Assembly: GCA_903813345.2 (NCBI GenBank)
Contig: CAIIXF020000001.1
Location: 44,640,001-44,704,000, forward strand
Source: Owenia fusiformis
Lineage: Eukaryota
DNA: 64,000 nucleotides
Direction: 5' to 3'
Made by a program: the position numbers and the translations under genes. Of this stretch, positions 12,949 through 27,170 are shown one piece after another (positions within the stretch are counted from its first letter, which is position 1; every line of letters starts with the position of its first letter). The notes under the pieces were generated by a model. It saw only the letters and a list, made by a program, of their open reading frames with translations. It had not been told where the DNA came from and did not search any database.

Positions 12949-13160
12949 AGCAATGGTATAGTTTGTGTTTGGTTGTAGTCCCTCAATTGTGAACTTTGGT
13001 TCCAGAATCCTTTCTGTTATCTCCTTATTCTCTTCATCTTCCCAGTATTCCACCTCATAGCCAGTGATTTTGCCATGTGGAGGTTTTGGATTTTCCCAGT
13101 TCAGTTCCATCTTATCATTAAAGATTTCGATGAGTTTCACATTTTCTACTTCTCTAGGAA
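12949..13160 (-). CDS. RPTP exon 11, FN3 #5 main part
   Basis: PREVENV...LNWENPKPPHGKITGYEVEY...GLQPNTNYTIA; 212 nt, phase 1-0. Confidence 0.9.
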
Positions 13161-13307
13161 CTGTTAAGAACATAAGTGATGTTTAATATGTCTCCTGAAT
13201 ATAATAACTGTTTTGTAAAAACACATTTAAAGGGAGTGATCATGTCACCCCAAAAACATTTGATATTTATGTGGTAAGTTAGCTTTTATATGTTTGTCAT
13301 AAAAGGT

Positions 13308-14426
13308 AACAAGGCACAGACGTGAACAATATCGTACCTAAAACACAGCAGTGTGACAGTGAAGAATTTAGGACGGAAAATCCAAAATGGCCACCTTAAA
13401 ATTTACCCAGAATGCCCAAAAACTAATCAGTTCTTAACTTTGATACGTAGAAACATCCCTGAAAATTTCAGATGAATCCATCTAATGGTTTGGCTGGAAA
13501 CCTGTAGACAAATCTTGAAAGTGAAGATTTTAGGACGGAAAATCCAAAATGGCCACCTTAAAATTAACCCAGAATGCCCAAAAACTAATCAGTTGTTAAC
13601 TTTGATATGTAGAAACATCCCTGTAAATTTCAAATGAATCCGTCAAATGGTTTGGCTGGAAACCTGTAGACAAGTCTTGAAAGTGAAGATTTTAGGACGG
13701 AAAATCCAAAATGGCCACCTTTAAATTTACCCAGAATGCCAAAAAACTAATCAGTTCTTAACTTTGATACGTAGAAACATCCCTGAAAATTTCAGATGAA
13801 TCCGTCAAATGGTTTGGCTTGAAACCTGTAGACAAGTCTTGAAAGTGAAGATTTTAGGACGGAAAATCCAAAATGGCCACCTTAAAATTTACCCAGAATG
13901 CCCAAAAACTAATCAGTTCTTAACTTTGATATGTAGAAACATCCCTGTAAATTTCAAATGAATCCGTCAAATGGTTTGGCTGGAAACCTGTAGACAAGTC
14001 TTGAAAGTGAAGATTTTAGGACGGAAAATCCAAAATGGCCACCTTAAAATTTACCCAGAATGCCAAAAAACTAATCAGTTCTTAACTTTGATACGTAGAA
14101 ACATCCCTGAAAATTTCAGATGAATCCGTCAAATGGTTTGGCTGGAAACCTGTAGACAAGTCTTGAAAGTGAAGATTTTAGGACGGAAAATCCAAAATGG
14201 CCACCTTAAAATTTACCCAGAATGCCCAAAAACTAATCAGTTCTTAACTTTGATACGTAGAAACATTCCTGAAAATTTCAGATGAATCTGTCAAATGGTT
14301 TGGCTGGAAACCTGTAGACAAGCTGAAAAGTGAGACGCCGCCAGCTGCCCGCACGCCCGCCCGCCCGCCCGCCCGCCGCCCGTTAAGCTGACTACAATAT
14401 CGTACCTTTATTAGGTACGATAAAAA
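13308..14426 (+). mobile_element. Helentron-associated non-autonomous element (HINE-like) with ~6 x 162-bp core repeats
   Basis: 5' AACAAG...ATCGTACCTA subterminal motif, 162-bp tandem array, (GCCC)n microsatellite, 3' hairpin TCGTACCT-TTATT-AGGTACGA then A-run. Confidence 0.85.
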
Positions 14427-14456
14427 CTCCAATTCTGTGAAATAACAAAACATAAT

Positions 14457-14634
14457 ACAAGGCATTTTAAACATGACAAAATGTCGCCAACTATTAAGTG
14501 ATTGCATACAAATGGTTTGGTTACTTAAGTGCAACGACACCTACGGACACCAAACACCCATCACTGAATGTCAGTCACAATAAATTGATATCACAAATAT
14601 ATATCACTGCTTCTGCTGGGCGATGACATAAAAA
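14457..14634 (+). mobile_element. HINE-like family A copy
   Basis: ACAAGGCATTTTAAACATGACAAAATGTCGCCA start; degenerate 3' hairpin ending GATGACATAAAAA. Confidence 0.55.
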
Positions 14635-14704
14635 CATTTCCTTATCAAATGGTATAACATGTGTCCCTAAATAATAAAGCCTAAAACCTGAATAAATGAC
14701 TTAC

Positions 14705-15007
14705 CATCTTCTCTAGTAGTGTGTATAATAGGTTTGCTCCAAGGACCGGGACCTTTTGTGTTAAGCACTCTTATCTGAATGGAATAGTTCACGTAAGGCA
14801 CCAGGCCTTCAAATGTGTACTGACTTCCACTTGTCAGCATTTCTTTAATCTCGTGATATGGCACATGTAAATCAAGACTGGTGATGTTGAAGTCATATCC
14901 CATTTGTTGTCCATTGAGGAACTCACATTTAAAAGAGTACCAGTTGACAGTGATCCTGTGTTTCTCAAGAATAGTGACCTCTTTGAAAATAGGGGCGGCA
15001 GATGGGA
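14705..15007 (-). CDS. RPTP exon 10, FN3 #4
   Basis: PSAAPIF...ITVNW...GLVPYVNYSIQIRVLNTKGPGPWS; 303 nt, phase 1-1. Confidence 0.9.
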
Positions 15008-15219
15008 CTGCAACAGTAAAGAATTTTGTTATGAATATATGTCACTTATAATTCAATGCATAATTAAATAATAATTTTGATAACTGCTAGATGTAAAATG
15101 ATAGATGTTGATGTTAATAATGTTAGAATGTCAATTAAATCTTGAGTGGCTTTATCTGTCCAATCTATGTCTGAAATAGGTAGTAGCTAGATGCAAATAT
15201 GTGGGCTAAATAACAGTAC

Positions 15220-15400
15220 CCGTTGAATTTGTTTGAACATCAACATCAATCTCTGATCCATTGCCTGCCATTGTGCTGGCTGAGACATGTACCAGATAGT
15301 CTGCATAGGGAGTAAGGTCAGTAAGTATATGGCTGTTGCTATCTGCGGACACTTTAACTGTTTTATCAGGCTCATTTGTGTTGCACTGCGGTGTTCGTAA
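15220..15400 (-). CDS. RPTP exon 9, FN3 #3 C-part
   Basis: LRTPQC...LTDLTPYADYLVHVSASTMAGNG; 181 nt, phase 0-1. Confidence 0.88.
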
Positions 15401-15590
15401 CTGAAAATAAAGGATATCATTCTTGCATAAACTGGTTTATAATTACATAACTACATTATACATGTATGTAGATGATGATATAATAATATAGTACATTGTA
15501 TTAATATGAAATATTCTTCTTCGAACTTTGGCTATAGTGAAGTACATTGAACTTGGATGTGAACAAAATAACTAATCAACTTGGATATAC

Positions 15591-15715
15591 CTGATATGAA
15601 TATCTGAGATAGTAGGCAGTGATAGGTCCATTGTCTTGCTGAGGTTTGTCCCAATGTACACGTATGCTTTTCCCTGACAGGGCTTTTGCACTGACATTTG
15701 CTACTTCATCTGGAC
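15591..15715 (-). CDS. RPTP exon 8, FN3 #3 N-part
   Basis: PDEVANVSAKALSGKSIRVHWDKPQQDNGPITAYYLRYSYQ; 125 nt, phase 1-0. Confidence 0.9.
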
Positions 15716-16349
15716 CTAAAATGAAAATCAATAATGATTAAAATAGTTCTCAAAATGAATTGTTTCATTCAGTGTGTGTCTTTGCAGACGCTTGGTTAAG
15801 TATTTCCAATGAATTCCAAAAATCAAATACTCATTTAAAAACATATTAAGACAATTTTTGCAATTTTTGACAAACTAACTACTATCACTTTTACTTGACA
15901 ACATTTTAGAAACTCTATACATGTATGAATAAATTTGGAATAACCTAAAGGTAAAAAAGCAGAACCAATGGAGAATGAATGAGATGAAAACCTGAGGGAA
16001 TTAAATCTTTCAAGCAGTCCTAACTTTGGGTCAACATGGTTTTAATAATCAAGGGATAAGCGTAGGGGGGGATCAAGCAAAGCAAACACCAAAGTGAGTT
16101 CCATATTTTCTATATATTAATATATAAATGGTTTTGGGATGCACTGACTTTTTCACATCAGCTCTAGCACAGGATTTCATTCCGTGTTTCCAGTTTACCA
16201 TTGTCAAAAGTATTTTTATTTATTAACCAACCATGGCAATATCAATTTTATCAAATATCAGAAATCAAATTAGAAATTGTATAAAAAAAGAGAAACAAAC
16301 CAAATACTGAAATAATTTACATGACTGGGAATTGATATTTATAACTCAC

Positions 16350-16584
16350 TTCCAACTGCAGTTCTTATCTGTGACCCAACAGGTTCTCCCTCCCGCTCAG
16401 CACTATTCACTAGTACAATCTGAATCTGATAGTTGGTGTAGGCCCTGAGGTTGTTCAATGTGGCCTCTCTGGCATCAGAATCATATACAATTCTCTTGAC
16501 TTCAAAACTTGAACCTCCCTCCTTTTGTAGCAGCACCTTGTATTGCTTAATATTATCACAGCCCCAAAATTTCTCCGCTGGATC
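16350..16584 (-). CDS. RPTP exon 7, FN3 #2 C-part
   Basis: DPAEKFWGCDNIKQYKV...LNNLRAYTNYQIQI; 235 nt, phase 0-1. Confidence 0.88.
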
Positions 16585-16851
16585 CTACGTTCAGAAATAA
16601 AGGTATAAGGTAGAAAACGTTGCATAGGTAGCTCGCATTTAGATGGGTTTGGGATAGGTTACTACAGAGAATATATCATATATATATATCATATGATATG
16701 CTGATCAAGAGTCATATATCACAACAAAAAGTCTTCAAACTTCATAAAAGTGATATGTAAAGAATGCAAACGAACATGAAAATGTAAAATTGCACTATTG
16801 TTTACCATATTGTAGCAGCTGATCAGTTTTATATATGCTTGTTTTCATTAC

Positions 16852-16943
16852 CTCCCATGTTATCTTTATTTCAGCCAGAGAAGGATATGTCTTCCTATAG
16901 AGGGTGGAGGACAGTCGTATATTTGTAGCTCCTCCAGTGGCAT
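16852..16943 (-). CDS. RPTP exon 6, FN3 #2 N-part
   Basis: ATGGATNIRLSSTLYRKTYPSLAEIKITWE; 92 nt, phase 1-0. Confidence 0.82.
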
Positions 16944-17674
16944 CTACAATACAAACAACAAAATAAGTACATGCACATCAAACAACAATACAGGACAGTA
17001 TTTAACTGGGGGTCTCATTATTATAACTTTTTTATCCCATGATTGCTAGATATTGACCATGATATGAGCATACCAGTACTCACAAATAAAACTGGTAAAA
17101 TCCGTTTATTGTTTTAACCAATCAAAACAAACAAAAAAAGAAAATTTCAGATGGACCCCTGAAACAGTTTGAGTGGAAACCTGTAGACAAGATTTCAGAA
17201 TGCCCCTCCACCTGACATCTGGCAAACTGATTACAATATGGCCCACAAGGGGCACTATTAAAAAAATCACTCCAAGAGCTTAAAAGATTGTCAAGCTTTT
17301 TCTAGCAGATGTATAATTTACAAAATGAGCTTTGTTTCACAATTTCTGGTTTGAAAATGGAGTGCAGGTGTACTACTTCATGTGTTTAGTACAAAAATAA
17401 ATTATTATATTCAGATAAAAATGTGTATTGTTTGCATTATCAAAATTAAAAATTGTGTAATAGTACCCTAAAGCACCTATAATAAAGCAGACAATTTTCA
17501 GATGTAATAATGAAAATAAGATTGAATTGATTTGTAATATTATTCAATGATGTAATTGGAGCTTTTTGAAGCAATATTTATACACACAGATGTGTAATTT
17601 CATATAATCCAAACCACTGAATTTTATGCCATCGGATGACAGTCTTTGAGGATATCTAAGGCATAAAAACTTAC

Positions 17675-17992
17675 TGCCACAGGTTGATGCTGAGAGCTTA
17701 GGGCTTGGGAGACCTCTTAACATATCTTTGTCCATTTTATACCAAGAAAAGACACGTATATCATAGGCTGTTCCCTCCTTAAGATCAGTTATGTATGCTT
17801 CTGAGAAAGACGCAACATCTTTTTTATTTTCTGTAGGATAATTCTCCTCAGATTTCAGTTTGTATTTAACAGTATATTTTCCCACTTCTCCCTCTCCTAG
17901 GTCAGTTTTGTTCGACCATTTGTCCCAAGCGATATTAATGTATGTTGTACTTCGCTCAGTCACACGTGGTGGATTCTTGAGTTGGGGCTTTC
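17675..17992 (-). CDS. RPTP exon 5, FN3 #1
   Basis: KPQLKNPPRV...INIAWDKW...LKEGTAYDIRV; 318 nt, phase 1-1. Confidence 0.9.
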
Positions 17993-18212
17993 CTGAAAAT
18001 AAATACATTTATTTCAACATATGGTGACACAGACAATACAAAGAGCACTTAAAGTTCACAGAATATTGACCTTGGACATTCTGAATGACACTGACCTATT
18101 GAATAAATTTTTAATGTGACCTTGACTTTACTATGTGAATGACTTCAATATATTGACCTTTGACCCTTTAGATAACATTGACCTTGGAACTTGTACCCAT
18201 GGAAAGCTATAC

Positions 18213-18936
18213 CAAAGGTCCATGTGCAGTATGGCAAGTGATTTTAGACGGTCATATCTTTCACCATGAGCACTTTCTAGACATAAATACAGTGGTTTTC
18301 ATTAAAACAATATGTTTTCTTTCAAGTGAAGTCCCCATGATGATAAAATATCAATCGAACAATTCGAAAAATTATATATAGGGACCCCATGTCAACAATT
18401 TTTTCAAAATGTTGAACTTATTTGCTCAAAAGAGGATCTTCTTTTTCCGATTTTTATTGCATGAAAAGATTATTCAACAAGGGGTCTAAAACATCTTCAA
18501 AAGTAGAATGGTATTGAAAGTGTAGTTTTGAAGATATCAATTTTCAATGACCAAAATCATGCTGAAAACAATGGATAGCATGGTTTTCCCCATGGGAAAA
18601 TAACATGGGAAATGTGTTTTTTAACTATATCCCATTTCAATACCCATCCCCTTTTCAGAAGTTATTAATATAGTGTAGAAGAAACTTTTGATATATTTAA
18701 ATTGAGAAAAACAAGATCCTATTTTTAGAAAATAAGCCTTACATTTTAAAAAAGTGACAAGTTGGGGTCCTAATCCATAATTTTTCAGAGTTGGATTGAT
18801 ATTTTACTATCATGGGGACTTCACTTTAAAGAAAACATATTGTTTCAATAAAACCACTGTATTTATATCCAGAAAGTACTCATGGTGAAAGATATGGCCA
18901 TCTAAATTCACTTGCCATACTGCAAATGGACCTTTG
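18213..18936. mobile_element. MITE with ~175-bp terminal inverted repeats
   Basis: CAAAGGTCCATGTGCAGTATGGCAAGTG... mirrored by ...CACTTGCCATACTGCAAATGGACCTTTG; solitary arm copy at ~48655-48785. Confidence 0.85.
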
Positions 18937-19046
18937 TGTGGCTATCCTAGGGTTGATGGTCTAAGAAGTGACAAAATGATGGGTTTATAGTGAGATTTCC
19001 TAATATTGAATGCTGAACTTGAACAATAGAACATCATCATACTTAC

Positions 19047-19175
19047 TTTTGTTGCAAGATGAAGTATAGTAAGCTTTGGTACAGCCATTGTCACAGTAGC
19101 CAAACATGTCACATGGTTTGTCATCCTTACAATAGCACCTGTCACAGGTAGGACCAAAATAACCAGCAGGGCACT
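19047..19175 (-). CDS. RPTP exon 4, EGF/laminin-EGF-like cysteine-rich module
   Basis: CPAGYFGPTCDRCYCKDDKPCDMFGYCDNGCTKAYYTSSCNK; 129 nt, phase 1-1. Confidence 0.88.
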
Positions 19176-20537
19176 CTATATAAATAGAATGAAAAGACAA
19201 AAGTTAAATTATTTTCACATTGAAGAACATAAAATTATGGTCATGAGTTAAAATATTTTCTTTTGCTTTTCCAGGTTGTGACACAGCCTTGATAAATACT
19301 TTGATATCTTGGGACTGTGTTGATTAAATGTACCATGCAACTTGTAGGTAAATCTTTCCAAAGGTGTATACTTTATTTGAAAGCTCTTTTAAAGCATACT
19401 CATCAAGCACGCTTTAAGTTCATAAGGCAATCACTGTAACTCCAAATATCAACATGATTTTGAAAAAAATTCTTGTATCTGGTTTTAAGGCAAAAATTGA
19501 TGCCAACCAAATCACACAAACCTTCAATTTAGTTAGCAAACATTACAAAAAATTGCTTTAGACACTGTCCCAGTTCAATGACATTTACTTAAGGGCTAGC
19601 AGATCAACAATTTTATATTTAGATGAGATGGGGGATTTCACCAAATTTACTTGGTTAGGAATCCAGTATGGTACTAAAGACTGCTCCATACTGTTTGATT
19701 TCATCTATTAAATTTACAAAAAATATGTTCCCCTCTCTGGGTATTTTGCTCTTATTATCAGATTATATTTGTTGCACATCAAATCCCTTTAATAAAAAAC
19801 ATAAAACATGGGTTGCATTTATTTTGGGGTCAGTATTCTGCAATTATTTCCATTTGTATTTTTTTTTCATAATTATCAAAGTCAGTTTGCTCACAATTCA
19901 TATGATTTTTCCTTTCATTATTTATTGCGGTTTCTCCCAGTTTGTTTCAATAATATGTCTGGCACATTGTTAATAAAGGGAAATAAAGACACATCCTTAT
20001 TCGACCAAATATATTAAAATCCAAAATGTATAATCATTCGGCTGCTACCCAAAACAGAATACACGTATGGAGTATAATTTCAGTTGAAATGAATTTAAAT
20101 CATAGACAAGTAGTTTCGTCTATTTTATATTTGGTACAGTTGGGGAATTTATAACCTACATTTTGCCTTGTTCGTGTACATAGTATACTTTATATCTGTT
20201 TTTCAACACAACCTTGTGTTATTAAGAACTATTCATGATGTTTTATGTATACAGTCAAAATATTAAGACAGTACTCGTAAAACTTAAAATTATTCTAAAA
20301 AATAAATAAAAACAATAATTTACAAATCAAAGCATAAAACGTAAATGAATAAATAAATATTCAAGGAAAGAGACAAACAATGCTTAGCAAACTTATTCGA
20401 AGACATATGCTATGCCATTATAGTACGGGTACAGCTTAAAGAGAGAGAGAAGTTTTGATACAAGTTATGATAGTATAGGGAACTAACACAACAATTTTAT
20501 TTGAACTTACAGTACAGGTGGCCTCCGAAGGCTCAAT

Positions 20538-21216
20538 AACTAGAAAATGGCAACGCCTCGGAGTAGCAAATCCCAACAAGCAAAACATATTTTTATTAAA
20601 TAGTCAATACCATCTTGGACATTACATGATATAAATAAATACCAGGAAATGAGTAGTTTTGTCACCTTTTGACGAAATCTACATCAATGATATATAAAAT
20701 TTGGACCAAATTTGATGGTAACTGGTATTTGTATTCTCGGAAAAAATCATTATTTACCTAAGAAATGGTGGCTATTTTGAATTTCTCATTTCTTCTTGAC
20801 CCAGAGTCCTTTGCCAATAAGACATTGATACATAAAATCTGGTATTGTGACCAATCCATAATTCGGTCTATAAATCGTATTCAAAATTAAAATTTTTATC
20901 AAAAATGATGGCTGTTTTGAAATTCAATGGCCATCTTTAGAAAAGAACTCCTATTTCCCTATAGCCATCAGCATGTAAATCTGAACGAATTCCGTCAAAT
21001 GGTATTTGATTTAATGAAGATTACATTTTTCATGAGATATGGTGGCCATTTTGAATTGAGAGGTCATATTGAAAATTCCATCACGAGCAGAGGTAAGGAA
21101 TATCAGCCTATAACATTTGAACCAACTGGTATTTGAGTTATCGCCCGGACATACTAAAGAACAGATGGATGAACAGTTCAATTCTGTATCCCTATGAACT
21201 TTGTTCGGTGGGATAA
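20538..21216 (+). mobile_element. HINE-like family B copy
   Basis: 5' AACTAGAAAATGGCAAC...GGAGTAGCAAATCCCAAC; 3' GAACTTTGTTCGGTGGGATAA. Confidence 0.7.
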
Positions 21217-24200
21217 GTGCTTATTATATTGAATTTATTTTTGCTAATCATTTACCTTCAGGGCCTTCAGGGACATTGCCAATACAAGTTGCAGTTTTTT
21301 GTTCTCCAAATAACTTGTATCAATTTACCTCTCTTATATTACAATAGGTCAAGATAAGTTGGTTAAAAAGGGCTTTATCTCATTATTCAATTGCATTTTC
21401 AAGTGCAATGTTAAATCATATACCCAAACCAAACCAATAAATTAAATTAAATAAAATAAAACTAAAGAAATTAGAAATTGGCATGAGGAAGTGTTTATGT
21501 GGATATGAAACCGTCATGTGGGACAATTATAAGGGATGAGTCAAACTGCAGTGAGACTTGAAAAAGGGGATTGGTCAATCTGCAATTGACATGTGGAAGT
21601 GTTTATGAGGGATTGGTCAACTTCTGTAGAGTATATAAAATGATAATGATCATTGTTCCAATCTGCAACAGTCATGTGGAGAGATACATGAGGGATTGGT
21701 CAATCTTCAAAGTGATATGAAATGGTAATGGGGTTTGTTCAATCTGCAACTGTCTGTCATGTAGAAATATTCATTTGATTAACAGAGAAGGAATATTATA
21801 AGAGCAATTTATTTTAATGAGAAATAACAAGAGTTTTGCATCATTTGCTTTTTGTTGAAAATGTGTTTAATCTTGGACAAAACAAACCACCCAATACAAT
21901 TGCTAAGTCAATAACTCTTCTCTAAGAATTTTGTTAGCAGCAAGTTTTGAAAACTGAAAACAGCACAGATACCCTACACTCTACGAGTATATTTCTAAGT
22001 AATGTGTCAGGCAATTTTTAAATTGCTCATTACCAAAATTAGATGTCCCCACCCTGTACGACTGTTTCAAGTCACACATACCTATCGCACTTAAACAGTA
22101 AAACCAGTAACAAATACATAAAGGACAATCGTTCAATTCAACATATTCAATTCTTCAAATGTTTCTCTACAAATCTTCTTCTAATCTGAGGAATTATAAT
22201 TTGATTTGTAATAATACATTGGAAGCAATAGTAGGTAGGCCTACACCAAACAAAATTATTCAAGTACACCATTGTCCCTAAAAGTTATAGTAGTTTTGGA
22301 AAGATTTCCAAGCTTTGAATTGATACTAATTTTGACAAGATCTTAAGTTTAATATAAAGGCAGTTTTATTAATTTTCAGGATTTCAGGATTTACCAAGGA
22401 TACCCTAAAAGATAATCACATACAGTGCTTGACCTAGTGTAGCATCCTTATAAGTATGGAGGCAAAGCCGGCAAAAGTCTTTCAGAATGCAATGAAAGGG
22501 AAGGCAAATGGCAAAATATTATGCATTATTATACATCAAATGGTGATGAAAATATATGCAAGATGTTGAACTCATGAGATATCTCCAAAACATGAAGTGA
22601 ATGCCAGTAAGGATTTTTGTGTTATGGTGATGATACTAATAATTTAAATGGCAAAAAGATAGATGTAATATTCATTGTCATAAGTCAACCATTGGCTTAA
22701 GGTATCAAAATCCAACCAAGAAAATATGGAGTTTAAGCTTGCAATGTTTTTCACAACCTAAACGTGAATGGAAAATATTTAAGCAATGCATTTGTATGGG
22801 CGATTGGTCATACGTATAGGTTCCCGTTTTGATTTTATATGCAAGCTTAAACTCCCTAATATTGAATAATGAAGACTGGAGTGTTCATCCATTAATTACA
22901 TTATAAAATGAAACAACAAAAGGCCCTAAAATAATGTAAGACGCGTAATTGTTAATTCATAATTAACAGATTAATATGATCGCCAAATACCATCAACAGA
23001 TATTATCCATCAAGACCAAAAATTTAACAAGATGGGTTAACCCCCACATCCTCAAACTCTTAACATTTGTCAAATGCTTGACTTTTTTGTGTCAAAATCC
23101 TGCCTTTCTGACTAGAAACGATCATAATATAGCACTATAAGTGCGATAAAAGTGCATGAGAGATGATTGTAAAAGGAATATGTCCTTAAGTCCTAATGAA
23201 ATATACTGTAAAATGGACATGATACCACACGAAGAGGGTCAAATTGTATATGAATGCTGTATAAATGAGAGTGCGTGAACAAATGGGAAAGTACTCAAGT
23301 TTTCAATGCATGTTAAGTGTAAGGTTATAGGAAAGGGATACATTTACCTGTTACATTATCTGAAAAGAATTCAAAATTAAATCACAAATAAAAGAAAATA
23401 AATATAACTGAAATAAAATATAATGACACATAAAAACAATAGAAATAACTAGAAAATGGCAACTCCAAAAAGTAGCAAATCTCAATGAACACAATATTTT
23501 ATGGATACACTCTCAAAATTTTAAATGGTATGGTTATTTCATTGCTTTGTTTGGGATGAAAAAACTTTTCTTCTTTTTTAAAGTCATAACCATGACAGAA
23601 TAATTATGAAGAAAATCCATTCACTAGTATCTCAGTTAGATGGAGAGAGGGAAGGAATGAGGTCCTCAGTATATCAAACATTTCATTAGATGAAGTAATT
23701 AAATAATGTGCAAGATAAGCTTATGAATACATAGACAGAATAACAACTCAACAAATTAAAATATCCTTTATTATAACAAAGTGCACATTTAGTATGATGA
23801 ATTACAATCAGCAATTACTTTTAACAAGCACTTTCACGATTAACATGTCACTATGACTTGAAAGAGTGTTGATCAGGAAATCTACCATGTTACTGATATT
23901 GGGCCTGAAATGATGAGTCACAAAATAGTCTTGCATCATACATATTCTTACTCCTAGTTGGGGAAAGGGGAGGAGGGGGAAGAGAGGGAGTAGGACCCTG
24001 GTGTATGACTAAGCTATATGTTGATATAGAACTTGTTTCAAAAACCCTAATTGAAAGGAAACAGTGAAGACTTAAAAAATGGATATTTTGCATCTAAAAT
24101 TTTACAAGCGTTGCCAGAAGTCCCGTTCATTTCATATTTTTACCTCCAAAGTAAACCACAGCTAGATGTTTAAAACCTTGTTTCGCAAGCCTCTGACAAA

Positions 24201-24843
24201 CTTGTAAAGAGCATTAATTTTTTACAAAAAACACTGACATCATCCTTTGACAAAAATACATCTATCACAATTATTATCTGAAACAGTTATTAATGGATAC
24301 CTCATGATACACGAGGGAATCTGTGATCGATCCATCAATATTAAATATCATATAAACCAGACCTGACATTTTTCATACACAGGAAATTGTCCAAACGATT
24401 TATATTTGATGCCATTATTTTTATCATGAGCATGCTTGGATGCTCTCGGGGAAGTTATTAATGCTAAATGTCACGTGAAATAAACAGCATATGGTCAAAT
24501 AATCATTATTCAAGTTATAAATATACTTGGTTTGATAGATACAAGAATAAATTCTGAAATACTTTCATTTATATTCTCAGAAAAGTGACTGAAGTTTAAA
24601 CAACATGTATTTTTAATACAAATTGCATTATTCAAGAATAAAATATATGGAGGATTTTTAGAAGTATGAATTTGTCACAGAGTTTGGGTAAAATATGTGA
24701 AAAGGTTTGAAATGAAAAGGTTTGAATTTAAAACTCCAAAAAGCAATGGATGAATAGATAATGTTCAGATTGAAAGATTTTGATAACACATAATTAAGTA
24801 ATTACAATCAACCCAACACAACATAAAAACAATTTGAACTTAC

Positions 24844-25047
24844 GTCCAAAGACCTTAACCTCACACAAGGTCAGCACACCCTTTATTTTCTTCTGTATGC
24901 TCACATAGCGCCCATATATAGGAGTGCCACATGTCAGAATTTCCTTGCCTCCTTTTGGGACTTCATCATCATGTGTGGCACATATTGAATTGGTGGCTAT
25001 GTCAGTACTGTTTCCAACTCGTATTTCAAAATTCTTTAGTCGGTTAC
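24844..25047 (-). CDS. RPTP exon 3, C-terminal half of F-type lectin domain (absent from ORF track)
   Basis: GNRLKNFEIRVGNSTDIATNSICATHDDEVPKGGKEILTCGTPIYGRYVSIQKKIKGVLTLCEVKVFG; 204 nt, phase 1-1, AG/GTAAGT. Confidence 0.9.
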
Positions 25048-25145
25048 CTAAAAATAAAGAATTTTACATTTACTATATTCTTATGAATGATGTAAAGGTT
25101 ATTTGAACAAAACATGACTTAATAGACTATAAAGAGTCATTCTAA

Positions 25146-25812
25146 AACTAGAAAACAGCAACCGAGTACCAAATCCCACCGAACAAAACATGTTTTGATA
25201 AATAGCGGCTATCTTGAAAATCTCTTCTTGAACAAGCATCCGCATTTAAATTTGAACGAAGTCCATCTACTTGTATTTGAGTTATCAATGATCACATTCT
25301 TTTATGAAAGATGGTGGCCATTTTGAAATTCAGCTGCCATCTTAAAAAATCCTTATCAAGCAGAGCTCCTGCGTCCCTTGGCATCACCATATAAAATTTG
25401 AACAAAATCTGTATACTGGTATTTAAGTTATCAAAGATTACATTCTTTTACGACAAATGGCAGCAAATTTGAAATTCAGCAGCCATTTTAAAAATGTCTT
25501 CTTGAGCAAAGCTCCTTTGTCCCTAGGCATCAGCATATAAAATTTCAACCAAATCAGTCTACCGGTATTTGAGTTATAAAAGATTACATTCTTTTACTAA
25601 AAATGGTGGCTAATTTAATATTCAGCTGCCATCTTAAAAATTCCTTATGGAGCAGAGCTCATGTGTCCCTACCCATCAGCACATAAAATTTGAACATAAT
25701 CGATCTACTGGTATTTGAGTTATCAAAGATTATGTTTTTTACGAAAAATCGTGGCCATTTCGAAATTCAGCCGCCATCTTGAAAATGTCTTCTTGAGGAA
25801 AGCTCCTTTGCC
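25146..25812 (+). mobile_element. HINE-like family B copy, 3'-truncated, ~146-bp core repeats
   Basis: AACTAGAAAACAGCAAC...AAATCCCACCGAAC start; AAATTTGAAC-type motif at ~25248, 25393, 25539, 25686. Confidence 0.7.
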
Positions 25813-26909
25813 TGGACTCCGTGCATTGTAGCTGCTTCATTCCACTCAGGCATTGTTTTCTACACTTTACATTCCCGCTGCGCTGTCATGCAAAGGTTTG
25901 GAAACAACAGCAACATAGTATGATTCAGCAAACAATGCACTGAGTCAAGGGCCTAAATCCTTGAACAAAAAATATTAAAATAGAAGTTAATTCTAAGGTC
26001 AATTCTACCTTACCTATTACACATTTATTGTCTAAAAGGATCAAAGATCAAAGGATCAAAGAGCCTCAAGTTTACAGTATGATACAATTAATAGTATTGC
26101 AAGTAATAAAAGCCGAAATAATGCACCTTATATTTGAAACAATAGAACATTCAGATTAAGCCAAAGAACATACTTTAGAAAGGGTAATTTCAATTCATAT
26201 TATTTCTATTACACTGTAATTATTAAGATAAAACCTGAGATTCTCATACATTGTGTATTATTAATCTGTATCACACTATCCAATTTTGTCAACATCAAAA
26301 TTATTTGAAGTAGTACATCATGGTGTTACTGGAAGTAACAGGAAAGTAGCGCTAGGGTTCAATGCTGGTATTGAAATCAGATGCTGGATGCTGTATGATG
26401 ACAACAACATGATGAAAAGATGCTAATACCTTACATCCCCTCAATGAACCATAGCTGCACTCTGATTTTAAATTGTTCTTTTGTAAAAAAACATGATTTG
26501 GCAGGAAATTTTGCTAAATTTTCCATCCAGTTAGTGATCCGTTCAGGGCTCTTCAAATGCTCTTCAAAATCATGGCCCGAAATGTAAAGGTCGTTTTTGG
26601 TTTTCTTAAACGGTACAACTGATAGATACGAAACCGGGTATACGTGATACTGGTATTGAAATCTGATGCAAATTCGAGCACTAATTTGAAGAATAGGTGT
26701 TCATGTAGATGATAATGAGTTTAGACTCGTATACTGTACTGTCATAGAATATTGAACAATCATTTTCACCTCCCCCTTTAATCTTGATAATAACTTCTCC
26801 AATGTCCATTATTGGCAATTTTGCTGAAAAATGACAGATTACGCAGCTGATGTCAGCGAATGATGGCATTATCATCAAAGTTATACATTTTCAAAGACTG
26901 CGTGAAAAA

Positions 26910-27170
26910 ATATAATTTCAAGATAGCATCTATCAGCTTTCGAAGGTAATCTCCATTTGATCTCATTTCAACATTTCACAACTTCAAAATGATGGGCCAA
27001 TTTATGAAAATTAATAGGATAATCCGTCAGCTGCAACGTAAAAAATACAATTTCAAGATAGCATATGTCAGCTTTCGAAGGCAATGTCTATATGATCTCA
27101 TTTGAACATTTCACAACTTCAAAATGATGGGCCAATTTATGAAACTTAATAGGATAATCCATCAGCTGCA
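26910..27170. repeat. Tandem duplication of ~135 bp
   Basis: AATTTCAAGATAGCAT...GGATAATCC(G/A)TCAGCTGCA present twice. Confidence 0.85.
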
